Of a DNA stretch of 64,000 nucleotides, positions 18,551 through 28,444 are shown in pieces (positions within the stretch are counted from its first letter, which is position 1; each line of letters opens with the position of its first letter). The DNA lies in NCBI GenBank assembly GCA_019057375.1, contig DXJF01000112.1, positions 15,932-79,931 of the forward strand, written 5' to 3'. The notes below the pieces were generated by a model. That model ran no database searches. It was given only the letters and a program-made list of their open reading frames with translations, and was not told where the DNA came from. A program made the translations under genes and the position numbers. The stretch is from Candidatus Heimdallarchaeota archaeon. GTDB taxonomy: Archaea > Asgardarchaeota > Heimdallarchaeia > Heimdallarchaeales > Heimdallarchaeaceae.

Positions 18551-20206
18551 ATGCAGTGGAAAAAAATTCTATGGTATGTTTTAGCCTGTTCTCTTTTTGC
18601 TTTTCTTATATTCTATATTATTTACAGTACTATCGAAATTATTCAAGTTTATAGGACTATGCTACCAAGTGGGTCAGCTATAGTTGGTTTAATTCTAAAT
18701 TTTCTCATTCTATTATTAGAATTATTTTCAGCATTTTTCTCAGTTTTCATTTATTATTATATTGGTTCATCATCAAATTACACTTTACTAAAGGATGAGA
18801 ATAACAAATTTCTAAAGAGCAATTCTCTTCCTAAGGTAGCCATACTTCTTCCTCTTTATAGAGAGCCATTTGCAGTTGTTTCTCAGACATTAGAGGGAGC
18901 AATGAATCTAGATTATCCTAAAGAGAAATTTGAGATAGTTGTTTGCGATGATAGTCCTGCTGAGCATTCATCTGAGATCGAATCTTTTTGCAAAGTTAAT
19001 AGTATTAAATTCATACGTAGGAAAAATCGTTCAGGATTTAAAGCTGGAGCAATAAATAATGCTTTGAAACAAATTGAATGTGATTTTATAGGGCTCTTGG
19101 ATGCAGATCATATCCCTACTCCTAATTTCATCAGAACATGTCTCTCTGGATTTACTGAAGACGATATTGTTCTTGTTCAAGGAAAACCAATGTTTGTTAA
19201 TCAGGATGATTACCTGATGAGAAGTAGTGCCTTTATCCAATCTCAATTTTACCACATTTATCAAAAAAGTAGAGGAACTAGAAATGGTGTTATATTTGCT
19301 GGAACTACAGGATTATTAAGAGTTGATTTACTAAGAAAGTTCGGAGGTTTCTTGGAAGATACATTAGCCGAAGATACAGATACTTCCTTTATGTTAATGT
19401 CCAATGGGTACAAGACCCGATATCTTCATGAAATCTGTTCCAAAGGTTTAGTTCCTTGGAATCCAATCAGTATGGTGAATCAAGTGTGGAGATGGACAAA
19501 TGGGATTACTTCGATTTTTCGTAAGAGATTTTGGAAGATAGTAAAAGGACAAAATAAGACTATAAACAAAATAGATATTCTTTCAACAGTCACAACCCCA
19601 ATAATTGGGACAGTTATGATTTTTGTTTATGTTTTACTGTTTGTTATGTATATGGTCAAAGAATACACTGGGCTAGTTGAATTTGCATTCATAAGGCCAG
19701 ACTTAGGCGTTTTTCCTCTTCTATTAGTTGCTCCTCTTTTAATTTCTTTTGCTAGTTTGATTATGGCTTTAGTTACATGGCGAAGAGAAGAAAAAGAAGA
19801 TAAAATGATTCGTCTAAGAGGTTTCTTTGGTATGGTATGGACCATTACTGCTTTTTACCTTTTAATGATGACTGCACAATATTTTCTAGTTTGGGCAGTT
19901 ATGAGTGCACTTTTGGGAGTTAAGAAAGAATTTGATAGGACGATAAAGGTGAAAACTAAAACCATAGGAAAAATGAGTCAGAAAGTAAAATATACTCTCT
20001 GGTCAATTGGATTACTTCTAATTGCAGGAGTATTTTACTTTGCTAGCTATAGAACCTTTATAGCTCATGATGCTCTTTTTGGTTGGTTTATTATCGCTGC
20101 TGTTACTGCAACCATTCCAATTATAATAACAATCGGTCACTTCAGTAAATTGGATTTTACCAAAGATAAAACAGCAGCAGATGTCGAGAAAGAGTACGGA
20201 GATTAA
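18551..20206 (+). CDS. Processive GT2 glycosyltransferase (cellulose-synthase-like), second paralog
   Basis: CDDS, FKAG, DAD, AED and QVWRW motifs; TM helices. Confidence 0.88.
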   Translation: MQWKKILWYVLACSLFAFLIFYIIYSTIEIIQVYRTMLPSGSAIVGLILNFLILLLELFSAFFSVFIYYYIGSSSNYTLLKDENNKFLKSNSLPKVAILLPLYREPFAVVSQTLEGAMNLDYPKEKFEIVVCDDSPAEHSSEIESFCKVNSIKFIRRKNRSGFKAGAINNALKQIECDFIGLLDADHIPTPNFIRTCLSGFTEDDIVLVQGKPMFVNQDDYLMRSSAFIQSQFYHIYQKSRGTRNGVIFAGTTGLLRVDLLRKFGGFLEDTLAEDTDTSFMLMSNGYKTRYLHEICSKGLVPWNPISMVNQVWRWTNGITSIFRKRFWKIVKGQNKTINKIDILSTVTTPIIGTVMIFVYVLLFVMYMVKEYTGLVEFAFIRPDLGVFPLLLVAPLLISFASLIMALVTWRREEKEDKMIRLRGFFGMVWTITAFYLLMMTAQYFLVWAVMSALLGVKKEFDRTIKVKTKTIGKMSQKVKYTLWSIGLLLIAGVFYFASYRTFIAHDALFGWFIIAAVTATIPIIITIGHFSKLDFTKDKTAADVEKEYGD

Positions 20207-20210
20207 AATC

Positions 20211-22988
20211 ATGATTCAGCTAGATATTAGAATTCTTGTTCCACTCATCTCAATTCTTTCATCTGGATCACTTATCGTAGAAATAGTTAAGAAAAGAATA
20301 TTAAAGCTGAAAACATCTGATTCTTTTATTGAAAATCTTGCAGAATCTTTAGTTGTAGGAACTATGGCTTTAGCTGTTCCAATGTTGATAATTGCCTGGG
20401 GTGCCAATAAAATAAATAACACTTTTCTTCTAGAGAGGTTTGTTTATGTTTATCTAGCTATTGGATTACTCTACTTGATTTACAAAATATACGTCTGGGT
20501 TAGAAAGAAATTACCACTACTAGTATTATCTGAAAGAAAAAAACTATCTCAATCAATAGATCTTCTTCTAAAAATCGTCATAACCTTAATGATACTCTTC
20601 TATGCATTTCAAGTACTAGTGTACCCCTTTAAAGGGTGGGATTTTCTGCATTTCTATTTGCCAAATTCTTTCAGAATCTTCCTTACTGGTCAATTAAGTA
20701 CAATTAATGAATTAACCTTTCTCCCCCAATTTAAACCCCCTATGAATATATTGCTTTTTGCGTATACATTTTTTGTAACACAATCTGAAATGATTCAATT
20801 TATACCAATTTTATATCTAGCAGGTACTACATATTTTTGTTATAAAATATCCAAGATAATGGGATTATCCAACAAAACTTCTCTTTTTGCCTCAATTGCT
20901 TTTCTAGCTACCCCCCTTACTTATTTTCTGGTGTATGAATATACATACTATCAAGAGATGTTTATACTCTTCTTTACTACTGGAGCCTTTTATTACTACA
21001 AACGTTTCCTAGGTACTGACAAAAGTAAAGAACAGTTGTATTTTGCAATTTTAACTTCATTGAGTTTTGGTGGTTGTAGTTTAAGTAAACTGAGCGGTTT
21101 TATTATCCCTGTTGTTATATTTGTTGCAATGCCTTCTGATAAAATTGGTAAGGTTTTACGGGTTGTAATTATCGTAGGTTTAGCAAGCCAACTGATAAGA
21201 AAATCCATTTTTGAGATTTACTTAGGAACGGGGATTCTTATTGGATTACTTGCGATATATTGCATTTATCTTGTTTTTAGTAGTAAAAGTTTAATTTTTT
21301 CTGTCAAGCGATGGATATATACTGCAGGTATTTTTGCATTCCCTTTAGCTATCATAGTGTTATGGATATTTTATATGCTAACAATTCCTGGTGTAGATAA
21401 TCTTCTCGTTAATTTATATTTGAATCTAAGGGTATCCAAATTAAGTTTATCTTGGCCTGGAATTGCAATACCGGATACTTTAACTTATCTAGAAAATGCT
21501 CAAGCAGCATCCTTCCTATCTTCTTCGTTTTCAATTTTAATCGCTGCAATGTTTGCTGGTACATGGATGATTTTTAAGCTTGTAGGTTTTGTTAGTTCAA
21601 ATAAGAAAAACAATGATCTTCTGCTTTGGTTAATTTTCTTCTTTATTATCTGGCAAGGGTTCTTTTCTATGGGCTCAGTTAGATACCTTACACCCATTAT
21701 AGTTCCTTTAGCAATTATTTTTGCAGTAGGATTTGAATCTGTCGTTGAGTATTTCAACAAGAGAGACGGAAAAGATCGGGATGGATTGTTAGCTTACTTA
21801 TTCATCACAGCGAGTGCTTATCTCTTCCTCTATCCTATTTTACCAATTGAGACCGTCTTTGAAAACTTTCATCTACGTTGGTATTACGCTCACACAAGAC
21901 TGTTGTCTTTATTTGGATATATTTTATTATTCAATTTAATAACTCTTCTTCTAATCTGGAAAGAGAAAAATCTTAAATTCAGCTTTTCACAAATTTATAA
22001 TAAGAAATTTAATGGTAGAAAGATTCTTTCAGGAACTTTAATTTTCATTATCGTTTTTGTTCCTTTTGTGGGTCAAGCAGTTCTTATTGCTTCTGTTGGT
22101 TTTAATATGAAAGATTTTGAAAGCACATATTGTTATGATTATAGAGAATCATTTCAAGAACTAATAGATGCCATTAATAGACTTGGTTACACAGATGATC
22201 AAATTATTCTCTCAGTAAATACGCCAGGTTTAGAATACTATTCATCTCAACCGATAATTGATCTCTATATGTTAGGTTTTCTAAGTGAAACGGGTTTATC
22301 TGACGCATCTATTCCTCTTTGGAAATCAAATGTTACGAGAAATCTAGAATTTTATGAGAAATATGATATAACAATTTTCGTAGCTTTAAATAGCTCTAAT
22401 GATTGGTTTCCAGCATATTTGGAAGGATTTTACTGGAAATATTTTATCTTTAGATTTCTACATAATAATAACTATTTCACACATCGATTTGCAAATGAAG
22501 AATTCTTATTATTTACTATTAACAAATTCGAAGACTTTATTGGACCAGTTGATATAGAATTGAAAGGAAATTCTTCTAAATCCAGTCTTCTTGCATATGC
22601 ACCATTATCGGTAGATATCACCGACGAAACCGCTTCAATTGAAGCAATACTTGATTTAACTGGCATTCAAACCAATCAACCAATTTCGATTGATATTTCT
22701 ACACGGTATACTCTTTCATCCAACAGTACGATAATAGTAGTTAATCGTAATGATATTCCATTTAACAAACCCATCAATGAAATATTTACTTCTTTATCTC
22801 TAATGACCTTACCTCATCAATCAATAAACATTCATGATATTAGCATAACAATTAATTATGATGATCTATGGGGCCTCCCACAGACTGTTATTCACAATTT
22901 AGTTCCTATGTTCGGGAATTCTGTAAACATTACTTGGACGAGTGACTCGTGGCTTTATGAAGGATATTATGGGTTTAAGTTCGTATAA
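20211..22988 (+). CDS. Polytopic GT-C-fold-like (PMT/ArnT-like) membrane protein
   Basis: Many TM helices; loop motif GWDFLHFYLP after the early TMs; RYLTP motif; soluble C-terminal domain. Confidence 0.6.
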   Translation: MIQLDIRILVPLISILSSGSLIVEIVKKRILKLKTSDSFIENLAESLVVGTMALAVPMLIIAWGANKINNTFLLERFVYVYLAIGLLYLIYKIYVWVRKKLPLLVLSERKKLSQSIDLLLKIVITLMILFYAFQVLVYPFKGWDFLHFYLPNSFRIFLTGQLSTINELTFLPQFKPPMNILLFAYTFFVTQSEMIQFIPILYLAGTTYFCYKISKIMGLSNKTSLFASIAFLATPLTYFLVYEYTYYQEMFILFFTTGAFYYYKRFLGTDKSKEQLYFAILTSLSFGGCSLSKLSGFIIPVVIFVAMPSDKIGKVLRVVIIVGLASQLIRKSIFEIYLGTGILIGLLAIYCIYLVFSSKSLIFSVKRWIYTAGIFAFPLAIIVLWIFYMLTIPGVDNLLVNLYLNLRVSKLSLSWPGIAIPDTLTYLENAQAASFLSSSFSILIAAMFAGTWMIFKLVGFVSSNKKNNDLLLWLIFFFIIWQGFFSMGSVRYLTPIIVPLAIIFAVGFESVVEYFNKRDGKDRDGLLAYLFITASAYLFLYPILPIETVFENFHLRWYYAHTRLLSLFGYILLFNLITLLLIWKEKNLKFSFSQIYNKKFNGRKILSGTLIFIIVFVPFVGQAVLIASVGFNMKDFESTYCYDYRESFQELIDAINRLGYTDDQIILSVNTPGLEYYSSQPIIDLYMLGFLSETGLSDASIPLWKSNVTRNLEFYEKYDITIFVALNSSNDWFPAYLEGFYWKYFIFRFLHNNNYFTHRFANEEFLLFTINKFEDFIGPVDIELKGNSSKSSLLAYAPLSVDITDETASIEAILDLTGIQTNQPISIDISTRYTLSSNSTIIVVNRNDIPFNKPINEIFTSLSLMTLPHQSINIHDISITINYDDLWGLPQTVIHNLVPMFGNSVNITWTSDSWLYEGYYGFKFV

Positions 22989-22996
22989 TTGTTCTC

Positions 22997-25900
22997 TTAT
23001 CTTCTTACTGAAGATACCTTTCTTTCTTTACCTGCTTTTCTAGCAATCAGAATAATTGTTAAAATTGCAACAAGAAGAGTGAATGCTACATTGAGGAGAA
23101 AAATGTTCCAACTTCCTTTTGGCAAGAATGTGTGCCCAAAGAAAATAGTTTGATTTAAGCTTGATAATATTTTCAGGATAAGAACACCAATTCCATACCC
23201 AATAATCGATGATATAAGCGCAATAAGTCCTAATCGTGAAAAAATTGAAACAATCGTATGTAAGTTCGTCCCTCCTATCATCTTAATAATCGTTGATTCC
23301 CTCTTGCTTTCTCTATACATATTCTGAAGAATTGAGTACATATTGACAATTACTACGACAAGGATAAGTGCAATCTCCGCATAAACGAGTGTATACGTAA
23401 ATAGCAATGATCCTCTAAGATAATAGTTCAGATATTCTGTTGAAAAAGCTATTAAGAAAGAAAATCCAGCTACTGGCTTAAAGGGTATTTTTGACAATTG
23501 GTCATCTGAATCGCTTGGTAAAACTATAGTGATCAATTCTTTCCCAGGTTCAAAGATTCGACGTAAATACACAGTACTTCCATCTTCAGGAAAAATAGTC
23601 AAATTCACATAACCATAGGATATATAAATTTTAAACTTTGAATGTAATGAAGTCGTAGTTAGTATTTGTCCTTGTATTTCTGTTTCAACAATTACTGGAA
23701 GATTGAAGATTTTTGACCCATTGTCATATCTGAATTCAAAATCAACTCTTTTTTTCATAGAGGGGATTTCAAACAGAATGATATTGTTTGATCCGTATAC
23801 CTCAAAAGGAACAGCAATAGTCGCATCATCTGTTCTAGTGAAATAACAGATGTAATCTCCTGAAGGTAAAGAAGATGTTAAAAATTGTCCTTGATTATTT
23901 GTTATTTGAGACATGATTCTTCTTCCAAACAAGTCCCTAATGATGCAATATTGATTATTGATAGAAGAGTTTGCAAAATAATCTCTTACTTCAACTGTAG
24001 TATATCCATAACCAATTAGGATATTCTGATTGATTCCTGTTCTAGTATCTAACTGGAAATCATAATATTTATCTGCATAATTGAATTTTACTTGAAACTC
24101 TCCTTCAAAAATATTGAAAAAAACGCTTCCATTAATATCTGAAGTAAAAAAGCTGGTTGGAGAATTGTAGAAATCATTAATAGCAACAGTTAGGTTGAAG
24201 ATTGGATGAATATCATCACCAATTTTTATTTCTATAGTTAAATTAACAGGAGCATATTCTTGTCCCATATAAAAAGTATACGTTTCTGTTTTTGTGTTAT
24301 TAAAAGAATCAGTGAGATAGAAAATTATTGTGTGCTCCCCTCCTACCAGAAACGGGGGAATATAGATACTATCATATTCGTAAATTGGGTTATTATCTAT
24401 TTTAAATAATATTAGTACTGCATCACTTTCCAATATTAAATCAGCATTTAATCCCTCTTCTCCTTTATGAGGTGACAATACTGTAACATATGGGTCATTT
24501 GTGTCCACAATGAAATTATAGTTAAAAGTATCAGTAGAGATGTCAACTAATTGGTAAAGAAGAGAGTAGTATCCATCGCTAACAAAGAGTGTATTTAATG
24601 AATTAATTGTATAATTAACGTCAAGATATAGAAGATTAATAAAAATATCTCCAGAGTATGTTTCGCTAAAATTATCATTCGTTATGGTTGAAGTTTTTTG
24701 ACCATCTAGAATGTTAAAAGTCCAAGTGCGTTCTCTTTTGTCTAAAAAACTCCCCCAATAGATTATTTTTAGATTGTAATTACCTGGATAAAGGAAAATT
24801 CTAGTAGTATTTGTAATGTTACCTGCTTTAAAAACTGTCCCACTTATCTGATATTCAACTCTATATGCTTCTGTTTCAGAAATAACATTCAAATCAATAT
24901 GAACTTGATTCAATGTACCTGAATATTCATTCAGCATGTAAAAATCTATTGGCGTTGATCCAGTGAAATTAACTATGACAAACTCATAGTACAGTTCCAT
25001 GGAATTTCCAGCAAGATCAGAAGTTCTTAATCTTAAAGTATGGTTACCGTTGCTTTGAGGAACAAGTATTTTTGTATCATAAGCAGTTGAATAAGAAAGA
25101 CCATCCCATGAGAATTCAAGAGAAGAAAGAGTTTCATTTGTTGAAACTGTTAGTAAGGATTCATAGTTGATTTCACTTCCATTAATCTGCGATAGTGATA
25201 TATCTGGTGCTGAATTATCTATCCTAAAAGTGTATGATCGATTTGACCAGATATAGGTGTCATAAAATGCTAAATACAAGGTGTGATTACCTTCAGTCAA
25301 TCCATCTGGTTTGATTACACTGTTTTGACTTATCAGTGAATCTGCATAACTGTCCCACTGATAGTATGCTTCGTATTGCGGATTAAACCATGTTTGAATT
25401 TCAGATTCTGCACTGACTTTCATGTGCTCTTTCAAGCCAATAATACCTATTCCTTCAGGATTGTCTGTTACTGCAAAAACAAAATTCCATTCTTTGCTTG
25501 CGTTTTCTAATTCCGCTTTCAATGTTAAAGAATGAATTCCATTAACATAAGGAACGGATATTATATCTGAAAAAACCTCCAACCAAGGATTAGAATTCCA
25601 TTTATAGAGGAAATTGCCACTAAATTTGTGAGTTGAATTCAAAATTAGTACACTTGAAGGATTCAAATGAGAACCATTCATTGCATTTATGAAATAATAT
25701 TCTTCGGGAAAAGCTTCAATCACATCAAAGTAAACTTTGGTTTCTGCGTAATTAAGACTCTTATCATATCCGCTTGATATATAATCTTGATTAAATGTTT
25801 CGATTGTTAGAGAATGTGAGCCCTCCTCAAAAGGAGTTGAAATGCTTTCTGGTGCCTCCTCACTAGGAGATGCTAAATAGAATTCTTCCATTGTTGTTAG

Positions 25901-27190
25901 ATTATCATCCCAGTAGAAATAAATAGAATAACCAGGAGAAGAGGACAATCTAATGTCAACATTATATCCAATAATTACAGAATTATTAATTGGGTTTTCT
26001 ACTATTATTTGTGGATGTCTGCTGATTAATATGATTTCGAAATCATTTGAAATAGATGTTGTGAAAGTTAAATCTTTTCTATAAACTCCATACAAAATAA
26101 TGCATGAATAACTACCATCACTTACTGATATGTTTGATTCTCCATTACTGTCGGTGGTACTTACATAGTTTTGATCTTCTGTTCTGAATCCATTCTGTCT
26201 GTAGAGAGTAATCTTCGCGCCTTGAATCGGATCATTTTCATCCGTTATTAATCTAAAATATACGTTTCTCTCAATATATGAAATATATATCTCTGCTTGT
26301 AAATCTTTATCCAATAGAATCCTTATCGACTCTGAAATAACATCTGTAACTTCACACTGTATTTCGTATTCTCCAAAAGGTAATATAAACGAAGCTTGAT
26401 TGTCATTAAAAATGATGGTTTGATTGATTAATACACCTCTTTTATTATAGACACAAACCGATGCATTAAGTTCTTGCAGATACCCAGGAGTTATGATATT
26501 CACAACAAGTTCATATTCACTACTCACTAATTCCCGTAGCATTTCTTTGTTTTCAATGACATCTAGATCTATCTCTACTCTCAAGTGAGTTATGTAATTA
26601 AAATCCTCAAATGCAAAAAACTGACCAATCCATAAGGAAGCTATTATCTCGTCATCTAATAGGGTATCAGATCTAAAAATTGATTTAATTTTTAATTCAA
26701 TTGCAGATTCTGATCTGGTAGAAAATAGTGTAAAATAGTCTCCTAATCCTAGATTATTTCTTTCCGCAAAATTAATTCCCACACTAACCTCAAACGTATC
26801 ATTTACTGTTAGAAGTTTACCTTCCAAATGCTCTATGCTGGTGAAATGCCAAAAGGAAGAAACATCTACACCCCTGAAGTAAACAGCTTTATTCTTAAAT
26901 ACTGCAGCTGTCATAACTTCCGGACTAACTTCTTTTACTCCCTCAATTGAACTAATAGTATCTGCTAAATCTAATGGTATCACACTTGTGTAAGGAGTCG
27001 AAGCCTTTGGATTCGAGATTACCAAAATATTTTCACTCTCTCCTAGATATGATGCAGTACTATTTACAATGCTGGACATAAGGATTCCAGCACCTGAAAT
27101 TATAGTGGAGCTAATAAGAAATCCAATGAAAGCTAAGAGTATTCTCTTTTTTGGTAGGACATTGTAAAGAAAGATTTTTCTAAGATTCAT
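22997..27190 (-). CDS. MacB/FtsX-like ABC permease with giant Ig-repeat ectodomain
   Basis: N-terminal TM, MacB-like domain (FRGVD), about 1000 aa of beta-rich repeats (WD..G.H.L...D..GN), C-terminal FtsX domain (RESTIIKMIGG). Confidence 0.75.
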   Translation of the reverse strand: MNLRKIFLYNVLPKKRILLAFIGFLISSTIISGAGILMSSIVNSTASYLGESENILVISNPKASTPYTSVIPLDLADTISSIEGVKEVSPEVMTAAVFKNKAVYFRGVDVSSFWHFTSIEHLEGKLLTVNDTFEVSVGINFAERNNLGLGDYFTLFSTRSESAIELKIKSIFRSDTLLDDEIIASLWIGQFFAFEDFNYITHLRVEIDLDVIENKEMLRELVSSEYELVVNIITPGYLQELNASVCVYNKRGVLINQTIIFNDNQASFILPFGEYEIQCEVTDVISESIRILLDKDLQAEIYISYIERNVYFRLITDENDPIQGAKITLYRQNGFRTEDQNYVSTTDSNGESNISVSDGSYSCIILYGVYRKDLTFTTSISNDFEIILISRHPQIIVENPINNSVIIGYNVDIRLSSSPGYSIYFYWDDNLTTMEEFYLASPSEEAPESISTPFEEGSHSLTIETFNQDYISSGYDKSLNYAETKVYFDVIEAFPEEYYFINAMNGSHLNPSSVLILNSTHKFSGNFLYKWNSNPWLEVFSDIISVPYVNGIHSLTLKAELENASKEWNFVFAVTDNPEGIGIIGLKEHMKVSAESEIQTWFNPQYEAYYQWDSYADSLISQNSVIKPDGLTEGNHTLYLAFYDTYIWSNRSYTFRIDNSAPDISLSQINGSEINYESLLTVSTNETLSSLEFSWDGLSYSTAYDTKILVPQSNGNHTLRLRTSDLAGNSMELYYEFVIVNFTGSTPIDFYMLNEYSGTLNQVHIDLNVISETEAYRVEYQISGTVFKAGNITNTTRIFLYPGNYNLKIIYWGSFLDKRERTWTFNILDGQKTSTITNDNFSETYSGDIFINLLYLDVNYTINSLNTLFVSDGYYSLLYQLVDISTDTFNYNFIVDTNDPYVTVLSPHKGEEGLNADLILESDAVLILFKIDNNPIYEYDSIYIPPFLVGGEHTIIFYLTDSFNNTKTETYTFYMGQEYAPVNLTIEIKIGDDIHPIFNLTVAINDFYNSPTSFFTSDINGSVFFNIFEGEFQVKFNYADKYYDFQLDTRTGINQNILIGYGYTTVEVRDYFANSSINNQYCIIRDLFGRRIMSQITNNQGQFLTSSLPSGDYICYFTRTDDATIAVPFEVYGSNNIILFEIPSMKKRVDFEFRYDNGSKIFNLPVIVETEIQGQILTTTSLHSKFKIYISYGYVNLTIFPEDGSTVYLRRIFEPGKELITIVLPSDSDDQLSKIPFKPVAGFSFLIAFSTEYLNYYLRGSLLFTYTLVYAEIALILVVVIVNMYSILQNMYRESKRESTIIKMIGGTNLHTIVSIFSRLGLIALISSIIGYGIGVLILKILSSLNQTIFFGHTFLPKGSWNIFLLNVAFTLLVAILTIILIARKAGKERKVSSVRR

Positions 27191-28362
27191 CTAGTGTCCC
27201 CCCTTATAACTTTGATTTTTGAAGCTTCAAGAGAAGGTAAAATTCCAGATACTAAGGATAATGATAATGAAAATAGAAATATTATTCCAACCAAAAATCC
27301 TTCCATTTTCAATGCTATATATGGTAATCCCATAGATGCTGTTACTAAACCAACTATACCACTAACAGCTAAATATCCAATTACTAGAGAAAGCAAAGCT
27401 GATATTATTCCAATATAAAAGGATTGAAGCATGAATAGCATAACTATTTGCCTTTTAGTAGCTCCAATAGATCTTAATGTGAAAATCTCTTTTTCACTCT
27501 CTCTAACTAAAGTATAAATGCTATATGAAATAGAAATAAGCATTAAAACAAAAAATAGAATCTCTAAAATAGTTAGCGTTCTTATTACATCATTTGTAGC
27601 ATAAATTATGAAATTCTGAGTCTGTTTCTGATCAAGCACTTCTAAGAAATTGAATTCATTTATAATATCAGTTCTAATTGTTTCAATTCCCCTAATATCT
27701 AGAACTCTTAATTCTATAAAAGAGAAATAATCCAAAGATGCGTTTAGATCAAAACTGAAAAGTGACCCCATTAACTCTATATCATACTCGTGACCTGATT
27801 TAATAATGTTTGATACAGAATAGCTTTCATTATGTGAAAGTACAAATGACTCATTTACTTGATAATCACTAAATTCAATTTTTACTAAGGATCCAACTCC
27901 TGCAGCTGTTAGATAAGCAAGTTGTTGTCCTATAATTATCTCATCATTTTCTAGTTCTGTTGGGGGATATTCATAGTGGTGTGGTTGAAATCGCTCAAAA
28001 TTACTGATGTTAAGCAATCGTAAATGCGTCGTTAACCTTGTTCCTGTTTCTCCTTCAACCACTACTGGAATATATAATTCTGGTAAAATCACCTCTAAGT
28101 TTGGTGTTGTACTAGCGTATTCCTCCAAAAATTCTAACACTTCAATATTTATTCTACTTTCGGATAAACTCTTTCCTTCTTCTATAACAAGAAGAAGATC
28201 TGAAGGTTGAATAATCTCTGCCATTCCACTTATATTAGAAGCATATCCTCTGACTAAAAGGGTTGTAGAAATATATATGACGAGAGCTAAAGTTAATGTC
28301 ATTATAGCTTGATAAGTCCTCTTTTTATTATGAAAGAAAAACCGAACACTAAACTTTAGCAT
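27187..28362 (-). CDS. MacB/FtsX/LolE-like ABC permease
   Basis: One TM, an ectodomain, then three TMs; EKEIFTLRSIGATKRQI motif; 4-bp overlap with the downstream permease. Confidence 0.85.
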   Translation of the reverse strand: MLKFSVRFFFHNKKRTYQAIMTLTLALVIYISTTLLVRGYASNISGMAEIIQPSDLLLVIEEGKSLSESRINIEVLEFLEEYASTTPNLEVILPELYIPVVVEGETGTRLTTHLRLLNISNFERFQPHHYEYPPTELENDEIIIGQQLAYLTAAGVGSLVKIEFSDYQVNESFVLSHNESYSVSNIIKSGHEYDIELMGSLFSFDLNASLDYFSFIELRVLDIRGIETIRTDIINEFNFLEVLDQKQTQNFIIYATNDVIRTLTILEILFFVLMLISISYSIYTLVRESEKEIFTLRSIGATKRQIVMLFMLQSFYIGIISALLSLVIGYLAVSGIVGLVTASMGLPYIALKMEGFLVGIIFLFSLSLSLVSGILPSLEASKIKVIRGDTR

Positions 28363-28444
28363 TTAACATCTCACTTTAAAGACATGGAATTATACTGATA
28401 TAAAATTTTCTAGCTAGAATAAAGAAGAGAATTCTTCTTCTCTT

